Positions 1 through 14,262 are shown, counted from the first letter of the whole stretch. The stretch: DNA of 62,988 nt, filler included, from Phoronis australis (GCA_002633005.1; 5 parts of 5 records of this genome joined end to end with filler, not necessarily neighbours in it), one strand, 5' to 3'. The notes: generated from the sequence alone by a model not told the origin. Program-made: numbers and translations.

Positions 1-75
1 GTTAAATCGAAAATCCACCTAAAGTAGGGGTGGGCGGTTAACTGAGCATGGGCGTTAACCCGAACGATTACGGTA
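1..75. mobile_element. Right end of a Tc1/mariner-pogo-like MITE, truncated by the window edge
   Basis: Ends ...gggcgttaacccgaacgattacgg|ta, with a repeated subterminal gggcg(g)ttaac motif. TACCGTA-type termini are typical of pogo-like MITEs. The partner TIR is not in the window. Confidence 0.35.
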
Positions 76-1811
76 TTAACATAACCTCAGTTTAGATGTT
101 TGTATCATTTTGACACTTTCTTTTTATTAATAATAGATGCGCCATTAGGGAACACCTTAGAACTAATTTCATAAGTAGCGCCCAAAGTAGCCATACCATC
201 AATAAATTAAAAATTGTACAGCTTCTATTTTGATGTGTAGCATGAATCTTGGCCGGTAATTTTCTGTAACATACAGAATTTATGTGCTTTAGTCAAAATG
301 TGTTCCTCAGTGTATATATTGAACATTCGTAACTTCTCCATAAGCCCAGGCTTCTGTAGTTAAGTTGAAAGCTGTGTTGTCATCTATCAGTTTATTAACT
401 ATGATTTCGAACAAAAATTGAATATGCAAGTCATCAATAAACGGTCACGCGGTCATAGACAAGAGTGCATGATGAGAGATGGGTCGTTCGATTTGGTCCA
501 CTTGGTAAAATATTCATGAATTCACTTGTACTATTCTGTCATTGTGAAGACAGAACATATACACTGATAGCATGTTGATGTAGGAACATGCACTAGAATT
601 AGGTCTTCATAAAGAAGTTGACAACACCAGCAGGCTATGATTGTGTCTGTGGTTTCGATTATTGCATTTGTGGATGTGTTACTGTGTTCCAAGGAGCGCT
701 TGATCATTGCTAGTCTCGCTGCCATTGGGAATCTGGGGCTCACTCAATCATTTGGCTTGAAGTCTGAATATGATGTATGGTCTAGTGACAGTGTTGGTTG
801 TGGTTGTGGTTGAAGCACACCACACAGAGCTAGTGCTGAGTCCAGAGTGGGATTGCTGTTGAGTCATAAAGCGTGCAATTCTTTTTCAGAAAAATCTGGC
901 TGTAGGTTTCCAGTACCTGCGCAGTCCAGTAGATGGCAGTTTGTCTGGCGAAGAGACCGCCAGTGTCGACACAGGGATTGGGAGTTCGGATGAACCATGC
1001 GCATCGCCTCTGTTCATAGGCAAGATACCTTCATCATCTAACGAAATGGCATCAGCCACTGGTACTGTCCAATTATCAGCCAATGGGTTTGGGCATGAGA
1101 AACCAGAGGCAGCTGGATTAGACCAATCACGTAGGCTTAAACAATCCGATGATCATGAATGGAGTACAACAACCGGGATTGGTTTTGAGGGTAGTACAAT
1201 CACTCTGCGGCTGATTACTGATGAGTCGGCCTTGCGGACATTGACCACTGGCGAGTGTTCGAGTGAAGACGATGGGTCAGCAGAGACAACGCAGGATGGA
1301 ATTCTTTCGGAGGAGCTGGCAACAAATTTGGAAAAATCAAAACAGGTTTGTGAATTTTGTCCCCGTTCTGAATATCCATTATGACTGTATGTTGCACCCT
1401 GGAATTGCACAGCAAATGTCCTGTCTAAACAAATTTTATTGATGAAACAAATGCGGAATTGAGGAATGAGGATATGCAGTGAGCCATGTTTATGAGTATG
1501 GCAGCCATGTTGTTTCCTTCCCCTGTTAATTTGTTATCGCACTTTTGTTGGCAGTTGCACACCAGTCCACATTGCAAAATGCCTGTGGTTCTAGGTGATG
1601 ATGGCCACCTTGTTCCTGTGACATTGCGTGTTACAATAACAGTGAAACCACAGCACCACAGGCAATTGTGTCAAAAGAAAATATGAAGTTCCTTGCCTCC
1701 AGTATGTCCTTTGGCGCTGTTTGACAAAATAAAAAGGCGCTGACAAAATAAAATTAGTAATTGGCTGTAGCATTTCTTACGAAATTTATGTTCATGGTAG
1801 TTACTCCCTCT

Positions 1812-1900
1812 GGGAACATTCTATGACCCTCCTATTTGAGGACCAATCAATGTATTGTCAATCAATGACCCCAATAAAGATGATGAGGGTCCATTAGTAT
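1812..1900 (+). repeat. Dispersed repeat, copy 1 (inverted relative to 5650-5740)
   Basis: tatttgaggaccaatcaatgtattgtcaatcaatgaccccaataaagatgatgagggtccatta aligns with the reverse complement of 5655-5720 (tatttgaagaccaatcaacctattgtcagtcaataaccccaataaacttgatgagggcccatta). Confidence 0.75.
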
Positions 1901-4900
1901 TAGACATAAATTGAACATACTGAGTGATTTGAAATTTTTGGTTGTCAAATCTCTTTAGTGCTATGTGTATTTGAGGGGTCAGTAAGGCTTGTTCATGATA
2001 CTTTAGCTTCTATTCTTCACTGAAACGGTTCTTTTTGATAGTTCTGGTTGGGGTTCCTTTCTTGTGCGTGAAGGGAAAGTTATCGCCCACATGCAAAATC
2101 CCCTGAGCTAATGGGAAAATGGGCTCCCGGGACATTACCAAGAAGTGGAAAAGCCTACAGTAGACAGTACCATTATCTTAACTGCCATCACTACTGTTGC
2201 CCCCCCCCTCATGATCGCCCTCTGTCTGCCAAGTTATTCCAGCTGCTGTCCTATGCATATCTGGATACCTACTTGAGATGACACCTCAAAGCCAAAGCAC
2301 CTGGACCCAAAACAAACCCGAGTAACATGTCCCCTCTTGAGAGAACCCCCTCTCAAGTGGAGGGGGGGTTCATACGTTAGTAAACCAGGACCCATGGGAA
2401 GCTCCAGATCATTGTTGTAATATTATCTTTGAGGTGTCAGTTACTTTGTGTAAACATTGTTGAATGTCATGTCCACAAAGCTGTCACTGGTGTCATGGTG
2501 CCAGGGTGTTGAACAGAGACAGATTCATGGAGAATGCCGGTGATCGGTTTTTGTTGTTTTTGGAGGTATCTAGGTTGTTCAGTACCAGTATCAGACGGAT
2601 TTTTATGCGGCCACACATTTATATGACATTCTCTCCAGGGTCCNNNNNNNNNNNNNNNNNNNNNNNNNNNNNNNNNNNNNNNNNNNNNNNNNNNNNNNNN
2701 NNNNNNNNNNNNNNNNNNNNNNNNNNNNNNNNNNNNNNNNNNNNNNNNNNNNNNNNNNNNNNNNNNNNNNNNNNNNNNNNNNNNNNNNNNNNNNNNNNNN
2801 NNNNNNNNNNNNNNNNNNNNNNNNNNNNNNNNNNNNNNNNNNNNNNNNNNNNNNNNNNNNNNNNNNNNGGGTTGTGCATCCAGATGGTTTCAATTCTTCT
2901 ATTAAAATTGGGCTGTGTATACCTATCTGTGGCCTTGATGTACGGTTTTGAAAATATACAGTAGGAAATACTGTAGGCAGGGTTACAGTGTCATTCAGAA
3001 GAATTTTATACTCTAATTCCCTTTATTCACACCCGGGGCATAGAGATTTACTTAACAAAATCCACCAGCACTACTGGAACATATGCCAGATTTGCCAGGT
3101 TAGATGTATGACTCCAGCATGTCTCTGGTCAGCTGTTGACCATGGGTCACTACACCAATAAACATCAGACATCCCTGATGCCTAATACAGCAGTAGGTTG
3201 GAGCTTCTGCAATCCACATGTTCAGTTTGGTTTTGGGCGTTGAATATTGGATTTTATTCTGTGAAGGATATTGTTTTGTGCTCACCGTTGATAGTTGAAC
3301 AAGAGGATATAGTCTTAAGTGGACTCTCGCTTTACAAGGGCCCTTGACATACATTGTGATTGAGGATTCAAGCTGACACTTTGATTAGTCTTGGTTGGTG
3401 CAGCGTCAAGGTGTTAAAAAGTCTTAGGGTCACTCTCCTATAGATGAGGTTAGTAAGGACATCAATTCTGGTGCGTACTAGCAAGAAGGATCTCTGCTGG
3501 CCATTTTGCCTTACTAGGTATTTCGACTTTGTGGTGTCGCCCGAATGGCGCGACTCTGCACCCGTGTGATGTCACCTGGGGTCTGTATTTTGGCTTTGTG
3601 ATGGTGTTGCTACATTCTCGGTAGAGTAAACGAAAGCAGAGTTGGTATGTAAAAACAGTACTGATTATTATGGTTAAGTTTTTCATTATTTGGAAATATC
3701 TCAGATGTACATTTTGCGGGTTACTTGGTATTACGCGGGTCTGGATTTTGAATGTGCAACGACATTCGTTGTCTGTTTAAAAGGGGAATCCTTTTGAGAT
3801 TTGCTATTGTTCTGTGCTATTGTTCTGTGGACAGGTCCGCAGGCATCAACCAACCACATAGATTGACTGATGCTCTCAATGTTGTTTCCTTGTTTGCAAA
3901 CTTCCATTGTCTTAGATGAATTACCTGCATCTTTGGTATGCCTGAAGTTAAAAAGGTGCCCCATTTCTGGTACGAAGACTTTCCCATAGGTGGGGTTAGT
4001 AGGGACGTGCTGTCAACTCGTGGGTCTTTTGTCAGATATCATATCGGGTGAGTATTGTTGGATATCCTAACTTGTGGATAATTTGTTACTGGTAAATGAG
4101 CGGTGTGGTGACATCAGGAAGGTGCCAAAAGCATCCATTGGTGATTGTGTAGAGATTCCATGTGGAAAGTATCCAATCAAGTGGTATCGTCTTGGGTACT
4201 GATTTTCCTGTTGCCCAGGTAATGCATTCATCTGAGTTTTGAATGTTAGGCAGCACCACAACTCATTATGTGGTAGAGAACCTCCCAGATGCGTCTCTCA
4301 TGCTGTAGGTTTTGGTGCCGACAATGTGCTGTGATGTGAAAGGTTTCACACCAGTGTCGAAGTATTGATGGTTTTGAAGAGTATTGGTCAATATGAATGT
4401 TCAAATTCAGTCTTGATTGGTAGCTAACTTCATAGTAAACACGATTTTAAATGAAGAAACCATAAGTTTAACAGTGGTTGGTGACGGCTCTCATTCATCA
4501 GGAAGTGAAACTTTCTATGTATGGCACGTGTTTATATTTCATATTTTTGTTCAAATTTTCACCGTTTTATTACTATAAGCATTTCAATTTGTTTATTGTC
4601 CAAAAATGTATATTTTAAAAAATTTAGTTTGTAGTGTTTTCGCCACCTCGCCTTGCATTATTGAAACTCATGGGCATTCTCTAGGTACCTTTGTACTGTA
4701 ATGCTCACCAATTTCAGATAAAAATAATTGCAGAAATTTTATTTTTTTTTTCTTTCAAGGGTTTCTAACGTTGCTGTGAATGCCCACAATTTTTCAAAAC
4801 TTTGTCTGATGTTAGCTGTGGCACGAAACTTGAACAGCAAGAAAATTTAATGTACTACAACTAATTGTTGCAGGGAAAAAGTGTTAAAATACCATTTCAA

Positions 4901-5649
4901 TTTTCGGTCCCTAAATAGGAGAGATTTTACCGCTTTACCGTGGTTAATCTTGTTGAGAAAAGACCCCAGTGGCATTCTTGTATCACCTGGCCAGTGATTG
5001 CTCAACACACTCCTGAGTGTTTACTTTAATCATCTATTTAAGTAGTTAACAAGATTATTGGTTTGTATCTTGTTGAGTTGTTTGAGATAATCACATTCCT
5101 GGCCTGGGAATATTATCCACTAGTTCTTATGGCTGGCATCTGTGACCATGCTTAAGAACAAGACACTGTAAATTCTCACTAATTTAGGACACAATATGGC
5201 TGACCAGTGGAATTTATTTTTTATAAAGTTTTCATAAAAAGTTAATAAATCAAAGGAAGTTGTTACATCCGAAAATTTCAAATTTCAGTTGATCCATTCT
5301 TGTTGTTTTATTTACCGATTTATATTCTTCATTTCTTGAAACAATTGTATCCTTGGGAGGATCTGGATCGCCTTATTTAGTTTCAGATATATATTTTCTA
5401 CGTTATAAAAAGTTAGTAACACTAAATAAATGCTATATCGTATTTAATGCTCTATACCATAGCTATCATCTGAGGTCAGATGATTCGGAGAAACTGTGGG
5501 AATCCACAGCGATGTTAGAAGAATTTGAAAAATGAGAAAGACTAATTTTGGCAATTATTTTTGTCTGAAATTGGTAAGATTTCATTGTAGATATAATTGA
5601 CGTTTGACCATTTATACAGAACTGGTGGTCAATTTAGATCATGACTTCT

Positions 5650-5740
5650 GTTATTAATGGGCCCTCATCAAGTTTATTGGGGTTATTGACTGACAATAGG
5701 TTGATTGGTCTTCAAATACAAAGTAGTCATGGAATGTGCC
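5650..5740 (-). repeat. Dispersed repeat, copy 2 (inverted relative to 1812-1900)
   Basis: Same alignment as copy 1. Confidence 0.75.
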
Positions 5741-7001
5741 ATAAGTATCCTCCACACACAGACTTACCCTAGAACGAGTTACTCCACAAACCAGTTGTCT
5801 CGATAAGTTTGGAGGCTGTGGGTGCTATTTGAACTAGTGCAATTCAGCCCACTTGTGACAACATACTCCACCTTATGGAGGTAGGGTAACTTTTTTAGGG
5901 TGGCTTGCGCCATATTTAATCGGCAGATCTGGGACAAAGCGGATTTAGCAATTATCAGCTGTGCTTACATACAGACGTACAGATGGGTCTTCTTTTGCGC
6001 GTTGTATTCGCATCAACTTTTCAGTCTTGCTGTAAGCGACAACTTGTTCTTTGCAATAGTTATTGAATTTGTTTGTGTGGATGCTCCACTTAAACAAAGT
6101 GGGACAAGTTGCACCAGAACAACATGTTCTGGTGCAACTGTGTGTGTGAACGGGACTTTATTCTTGCCACCAAGTCAGGTGACTGTGGTATTTTGCTCTC
6201 TGCAGGCATTGCTTATGGTACATGTTAACCTAGTTGCCCTGGTGTTTTGTTGGTATGGGTTTTGAATGTGCAGGGGGGATGCAACTCTCCATCTCATTTC
6301 GTGAAAAGGACCCACCCTCAGGGTATAAGGCAATTAATGTGTAATAATTTAACTGTGCACTGAATTTTTTCAAACTGTGTGTACTCAAATTGCTGTAATT
6401 GTGCGCAGATGTGAAATAATGATGTCACTCTCAGCTTTTTTAATACAAGGCAATTTGGAGTAAGAGCTGTTCTAGTTTAATTGACTGGCCATGGTTGTGT
6501 TTAATTTCCCTAGGCCACCTCCCATAATTTTTTTAATTACTTTGGAATGTACTCGCCCATATGTTTAATTAAATGGAATGCAACCACCTATAATTTTTAA
6601 TTACTTAACTACGGAAATCAAAAAAGAGGTGTTTTCACCAGATTGTGATGCCGGAGTGGCCGCGAATGCCTGATATTCATCTCACAGTTAGCACACATAT
6701 ATGAATATAAAGCTATTGGTGTGCGACAGAGGGGCTTGGGCCATTTTCTTCTGACGTACCTGACACCAGGGTGCAATGGTTCTTGGGGAAAGCCCTTTGA
6801 GTTACGCCCTGATATTCCAACTCGGGACAATATCCTAGAGCATAAAATACTCACCCAAGCTGACAGCATTTCCATAGTGGCACTTTCTTGTGAGAGAACC
6901 TCACCATGAGGCAAGGACTTCAAGACCTGAAACGTGAGAGAGCTATGAGGCAAACTGTTTTATAATTCAAAAATTAGCCCAACATGCCCCTGCCAAATAT
7001 C

Positions 7002-7101
7002 NNNNNNNNNNNNNNNNNNNNNNNNNNNNNNNNNNNNNNNNNNNNTTAATTAATTAANNNNNNNNNNNNNNNNNNNNNNNNNNNNNNNNNNNNNNNNNNN
7101 N
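7002..7101. other. Artificial 100-bp scaffold gap (N44-TTAATTAATTAA-N44)
   Basis: A six-frame stop linker sits at 7046-7057. Identical linkers occur at 33589-33600, 54955-54966 and 57100-57111. Confidence 0.95.
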
Positions 7102-10100
7102 TGAGAGAAAATAGAGTTGCATTTTCACAGAAAAATTTCTGCGGCTATAAACCCTGTTATCCGCGCAACTTAACTTTGATTTTAACCACTTTCCTCATTC
7201 AGACGAAAAATAAGTTTTGGTCTTGCAAAGAACTGTCTGTTCATTATGGTTGTGACCATGTAAGGTGAATGAAATGGCATGATGAGACACGTCAACCTAA
7301 AGAAACTCTCAAGTAGTAACAAATTGCTGGAGATTTTCAAGCCCAAAATTCACACCTATTTTTATCAAGGAACAATTCGAGATCAATATCATACTAATGG
7401 TACATGGTCTAAATGAACAGTTGGTTTTCGTGACATAAGGCATGCCTATATCTACTTTAAATTCCAATAGAGCATAAATTCTTTACAAGAGCAGACACAA
7501 ACTTTTGATCCAGATTGTGAGGATGCAGGTGACAAAGAAGATAAGGACAAGGATGAACAACAGCTCTGAATCCCTGCAAGATGACAATAGTGGCATTTGT
7601 AAGAATACATTCAGTTGAAAATTTATTCTGAGGCCTCTGCACTGAAAACTCAGACGTGTACATATGAATCTGAAAGAGTGACATTGAATCGACAGATGGG
7701 ATCGTAAAAGGGCAAATTTTCAAAATAAGGTTTTTAGAAATCGTAATTGCTCCCCACACCAAACATGATGCACAGAATTTCAACCAGCAGCTGGAGTTAG
7801 CTTGCATTTATACTACAGTTGTAAGCAAGTTAAACATTTTCACATGCAAATTAGTTACATTACAAATGTTCTTTGCTCAACTGGACATCCTCCAAAGCAC
7901 TGATACATTAGAATAAAACCTTCACACTAAAGTAGGGTTTACACAAACCTAATATAAATAACTCAAATGAAACACTGTTTCGTGTATTTCAATGTGCATT
8001 TTCATGTTTTAATATGGAACAGCAGTGACACCATCATCTGCGAAGTGCACTCATCCTTCAGAATATTTCTAATATTTGTATGGTAAGCTGCTTGGCTGTA
8101 TTCATAATTTTAGGTGTAAAAGTCTAGGTCCAAGCAGTTTTTTAGTAAAAAAGGTCGCTACAGGGAGTTATTTTGAAAACGCAGATGTAAACGCTTTGAT
8201 CTACGCATTTTTCTAAAAAAATCACTGTGGAGGGGTTGGTGGTGCACTGCACGGTGGTAGGGGCAATGCGTCGTCGGAATCACGGACACTCTGAAATATT
8301 GGGAACCCCATTTTGGACACCCTATTTTCGAAATCCTGGGTGAATCCCTGAATAGAAATTGAACATGCTTTAAACAAGACATGTTTAAGTACTGTAAACG
8401 AAACAGTGATATCTTTGGTTAGGATTGTGAGTTGTGAGTTGAATAAAATGTGAAATGTCACTTCATGAGATATTAAGGAAATGAATGAAACAATACCTCG
8501 ACGTTTCTTCAGGTGATGACCAGTCTGGGACTCTTGCAAAGAAGTTTATAGAAGTCGTTGTCTAAACCACTCATTCTGAAAGTACAAATGATGAAGGAGG
8601 GTTTAAATACTATTTGACTCATTTTACCAGGAGCAATCACAAGATTTAAGAATGTACTTTCAGTCAATTTGTCACAACTTTATGCTTAAAATAACTTTGA
8701 TTTAATTACCAGAACGCAAAATTTGTAGCTGAGACAGCATTATTCTAAACTGACAGCGACTTAAGAGACTTATAATTGATGAAAATTCCGGCTTACGTTA
8801 GAGCCCATAGCCTAATCTCTGTATTCGATACACAACTCGAAAATTGAGCAATTCCATGACATGAGCAAACAAGATTTGCACTCCAATCACGGGATTTGAC
8901 TGGCTAATTTTTTGAGGTTGTGAGTTCAAGTAATGTGCCTGGACCATCCAGATTGCAAGTAACCATTTTCTTCTAACCTGCACAGTCTAAGATGGAAATA
9001 CAGAGAAAAGTGGCCATTAATAACTGAATAAGTTTAGCACACCTATTCTTTCTTTTAAAACTTAACACTGACCACCTACAGGGGCCCCTGTAACCGTAAG
9101 TTGATCTTTCTTATTCCATTCTCTTATAACTGGAAAAAATAAAGCAAAACTAATAAGACATTCTCAAGTATGGCCATCTTGACCAAGACTTACCCCCGCC
9201 CCCCTCCCCCCCCCCNTATGAGCTTTCTAATAAAGCTATTGGAATGGCCAGGTGAAGTCCCTAACACATCCTACAAACATCTCCCCCCCTCTCCCGCCAC
9301 AATTTTTAACACCACCTACTAAATTGTTCTGCTAGTTGAATTCGATCTAAAAGCCCTTTTGTACTTAATTTCGGTCTGAGCAGAGTGTCGACACGAACTA
9401 CGAAGTTAATTGCACCGTTTATACCGGCTTTGGATATCTAAGTAAACTGTAGCTAACGATGTTGTCATCGACGTAATCACAACGTAGTGCAGATGCAACA
9501 CTTGTACACCAGGATTTTTAATGTGATAATTTGGGAACAATGACATATGCTAATAGACACAAAAATCTATTCCTAATTCGATTAGTGACTATTCGAGCAA
9601 AATATGAGCAGCTTTTAGCGACGAAACTACAGTGTACCCTGTAATTGTTGATGATAACATTGGCCCCTGACAATAACTTCTTCGATGTAACCGAAGTTGA
9701 TCATTCATACTACCGTACACCACAGCATCGACGCTCCGCTTGTCTACTGTGAAGTCAAGTGGCACAGTTAACTCAGGATCGAAGTTAAACCTCCATACTG
9801 ACTGCAACTCCCCAAAACATCGCCAAGTCGACGTTAGAATGAAAGGGCCTTAGCAGTTTTAACTACATGTTAAAACACTAACATGGTGTAACTAGTCCGG
9901 GTCAGCGTGAATCAGTACAAATACTAGGCCATTAGAACAAAAACTGAGCAGCTGATCGAATTGAGGCTCTTCAAAATGATTCGGGTCCAATGTATGCTGA
10001 CTGAGATCAGTTACCCATCAGTGAATGCTCTAACCGTGTATACGAGTCATTGAACATTTCACAAACAGCACACTTACTGACTTACTTGTCCATCGAGAGC

Positions 10101-12950
10101 CTGGTATTGTTGTAATGTAAAACCTTCACGAGTTCGAACATTCAGTCTTGTCCTCATTGTTTCTCACCTATCGAACGAGTCGCTTACAGGTACACGGTTT
10201 GTTGGTAATGCCGCTTTTTGTACTGGCTAACACGTCTTTTTCTCAATCTCGTAGAGCAGGACGACTGCGTTTCGCCTTCGGACGTACACTACATAGACAG
10301 GTCTACTTCTCTCCCCCTTTTGTATTAATTCTGTTGACCTCTAGATCTGTGGCTGCGCATGCGTTGTTGTAATGTTTACATCGATTAGAGCATCCTGGAT
10401 ATTAAATTCTTTGTAAACATTTCATTCTTTTGTAGTATTTACAACGATTTTTTTCAAAATTTTTGCACAAGTTGAAAGTTAATAACTTTTAGAACTTCAT
10501 GTCACATCAAAAACCCGGCTTAAATGGCGTTAAGAGATTTTTTCTTCTATAACTCGGACCATAGGCCTTTAATATGCGCAACAAAAACATACATGATTGC
10601 CCCTGTCGTTTGAAATGTCGCCCGTACACGCGCACCAGTTTTTATTTTAAGGTGTCTTGAAGGTGACGGTGGCAGGCATTTTCCACCCTTCTATTAATCT
10701 CTCAGACACGGGGTCACAGACCAATAGTTAGCACCCCTTTTTATTTATATCTCGTCATCCTTTACAAGTCAATGTGAAAACTCGGAATGTTTGCTACTCA
10801 GCAACCTCACAATGAATGTGCGAATGGGACGAGTCATCCGCCATCGTGCGATCAGGCCCATCGATGCACGTGCACTTTAACCTTTGGCCATCAACTTCCT
10901 CGTAATACGTTTCGCCGTAATTCATGTGGATATTGCCTTCACGAGCGCAACCTTAAGATAAAGGCATGATAATCAATCGAGTGATAATTTAGCCTACATA
11001 ATGATTGCGGACTGTTGTGTGTTGTCCGAACCAAATCGGAAGAAAGTGATCTTTGTGTAATACTGCATGGGTTTACTTAAAAAGGCCTGGAACACGGTAA
11101 ACAAATAAATTGCACTATTGAAAGTAGTTTCCTTCCATTGAAACAGAATTCAACCTGCACACCAGGTATTTTTAGGGTTTGTTTGTGAAGATGTATAAAA
11201 TCTGTTGATATCAAAGCATGTTATGTTAGTTTAAATTTCAAATGAACGATCTGTCAACTGTTCGCCACTTTGTCCATTTTTCTCCCACAAGGTAAAGCAC
11301 ATCTTATTTAGTATTTCACGACATAGGCGTAGCACATTTCCCTTACATGGAAAATGTGACTTCAAGCGACTTCAATTAACTGACTGCGAGCGCATGCGCA
11401 CATTTATCATCAGTCGGCAGATTAGAAACTTTGTGGCTACCACATAATTTTTCTTTCACAAATATTTCAAAAATCTTGAATTTTGGGATTTTTTGTGGAA
11501 ATTTCCTCACAAGGAACGGTGAATTACATTTGTTCTAGATGTTGCAAGATGTTCAGGAATTGTTCAAAAGATATTTTGACGAGCTTTCGCGTTCCATGTC
11601 TATTTAAGAGGTAAGTGGATAAGAATAAAACGTGATTACGGGCATCTTATTCTTATTTAAATTCGTTAATAATAATCATTCTTTCAATTTGTTCTGATTG
11701 GAGCGTTCTTATCTTTTTCGCACGTGTCGTATTCGAATCTTAACTCAAGATGATGATTAAGTTCTCTTAAAAGTTCTCATTAATGCTTAATAATGGATTA
11801 ACTATTGTAACACTCAAACGTTCCAAGTTAGGTAATGCAATTAGAAATTATCTGTTACATCAAATGCTGTATATTAAACGGCTAAACGTGTATACCTCGT
11901 CGATAGCAGTTTGCTCGGGGTTGGACTTTCTTGTAAAGTTCCCTTGGCAACCTAAGATACCACGGGATTATCGTTTCACACGCGCAGTCAAACTTGACTC
12001 CGCCCACTGTTTCCACCCACTTGTCGTTCTCCTTGCGAATGATATCATTGTTATCTTTACACTCTAGAGAACAAAAGAAACGGAAAATTGATATCGAAAT
12101 TTGTTGCTTAATACGTGTTGTAATATTATGTTAAATCTGGAAAGCGTTCCTAGAGGCAATTATAAATGACTAACTTCACCCATGGGCTGAAGGCCTTTGA
12201 AAAAATGTTATGAGGGAGAGAGACTCCAGTTTTCGTGACTGTTCGGGATAGAAAAAGTTCAAGAACTGGGATAAATGTAAGTATAGTAAAACTTCCTTTT
12301 TGAAGGTTATTTACGTATTGAGTAAACAGTTTTTTCTCTGATAAGATGCAGTTGCTAACTAGATTATGTAGCGTTTTCACAATATCTCTCCATAACCAAA
12401 TTAGTCAAAGTCGAAGTTTTTTACACAGACAAGTACGTCTCCGATACAGTTGGACAAGAACACACACAGTGACAATATTTAGCTACATTTTCACGCCTAC
12501 CAGTTTCGTTGATTTCCATTTAGAATCATTAGTTTTTGATCTTCAAAAACTAGACAATCATAAAATGCGTTTTTCCGCCTTCGCAAGAAAGGAGGATTGA
12601 ATCCCGGTTACAGTTTCTAGTTAAGAAGCGTTTTTATGTTCGAGTCTTTGTTGATCTATGGCGGAAACCAACATTTGACTATGGCATGTGACTGACGTAA
12701 GAGACTTGAGCAGAAATAGGGTTATTTTAATAATTATTAAAACAATTACTGTCGGTGTTAATTTTGTATGTGATACTAAACTTTAGCCCGCTTACATCTT
12801 CCGTGAGGAAACCCAAACTATGAATGAAGGTCAAAGAACATGCTGACCTGCTACACCTATTGCCAGTGATTGAGAATAGCTTAATATGCTGATGGAATAT
12901 TGTCGCACTACTGTTTGTATGCAAAAATTATACGGTTCCAATCAAATTAA

Positions 12951-14262
12951 AGGAGAACGCCATCCTCTTTATTTCGATCCATATCCACATCACCTCGTAT
13001 GCGGTCGATCTCATCTCACCTAGAGGTGTCGCTTTAACCTGTGAGGAAGGTAAGTAAAGGACTCATCGACATCAGTGGTTCTTGGGCTGAGTATATGCCG
13101 CTATGGTGGAGCGTATCATTACCGCTTGTGTTAACGAAGTTATAAGAAAAGGGGCATATCGTTTTTTTTCGATTTTCTGGAGAATCCGAGATGCTTCAGA
13201 AGTGGCTCGAGGCAGTAAAGAATAAAAAGTACGCCGTTAATTTCAAGTGTCAGGCCGTGACACATCTCCATGTGTGTGATAGGCATTGTTTCTAAATGAA
13301 TTATTCTCACCCTAAACAATGTTTATATCAAACTAAAGTACATGTTGATACTCTTTGTAATGCTTTTGGAGTGTTCGTGAGTGCACATATTTTGAGAAAC
13401 CAACAATGAATAAATTAATTTGCGTACCGGCTTCAGATGCATTAAAACTGTAATTGACAGGGCATCAGAGAACGTGTGAGCGAATGCTACTCCAGTGTTT
13501 GCTGACAGAAACCTGATGTGAAACAATAACTCGATTTTATATGCCATGGTCGAATGATTGTAATTGTACAACATTTCTCCCTGACGGTTCTGTGGAAGGG
13601 GAACCTGAATTGTGAACCCTCGACGAGTAAGTAGATTTGCAATTTCGAGGCTAATTCATCAAAGTATTCAAAAGCACATTATTTCTTTGATTCAGTAATC
13701 TAGACTTTCCGTGACTGGAAGTCCAGTTTTGAACTTTGCCAGCTGGTTTATTTTAGTGATTTCCCTAGTCCGCCAACGGGTTCCGAGCCACTGGATTATA
13801 CCGAATGTTATACGTCTTTAGAACGGAAAGAAATCCTCAAATCTAAAATCACAACACTCAGCTAGTATGCTCTCCTGTCTATTTCACGGAAGCATAATCA
13901 TAATTTATCACCGAACAGAACCAAAGTTAATGACCGCAACCGACCTCGGTAACTTGGCCTACTGAACATTTTGGGCCATGGTTCATTAAAAATTTCTATA
14001 AATCCGTAACACCGGTATTTTTATGGGTTTTGCCTCGATTTATGATGATTTACTGGCGTAACGCGATGAAGACAAGCGATAACCTGACACAAGAAAGCGT
14101 GTTGTGATCTGCTGAACAGACTGTATTAGAACCTATGACGTCATTGGTTAATTTCAGCACCTCCGTCTGTTGTCGAGAAAAAAACTGATCTTGCTGTTAC
14201 TGAGTGGATCTAATCAATTTTCTAAATTGATACAAGGAGGTTGTTTTTGGTGGCATTCACCT
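12951..14262 (+). mobile_element. Non-autonomous Kolobok-like DNA transposon with THAP remnant (copy A)
   Basis: Termini TTAA|aggagaacgccatcc ... ggtggcattcacct|TTAT. Homologous in inverted orientation to 60271-61930. About 13155-13293 translates, with a frameshift in a T run, to YRFFRFSGESEMLQKWLEAVKNKK...HLHVCDRHCF, which is THAP-like. Confidence 0.75.

Noticed and set aside
7046-7057. Recurrent TTAATTAATTAA palindrome (4 copies)
   Set aside because: Always centred in N44/N44 gaps; it is an assembly linker, not biology.
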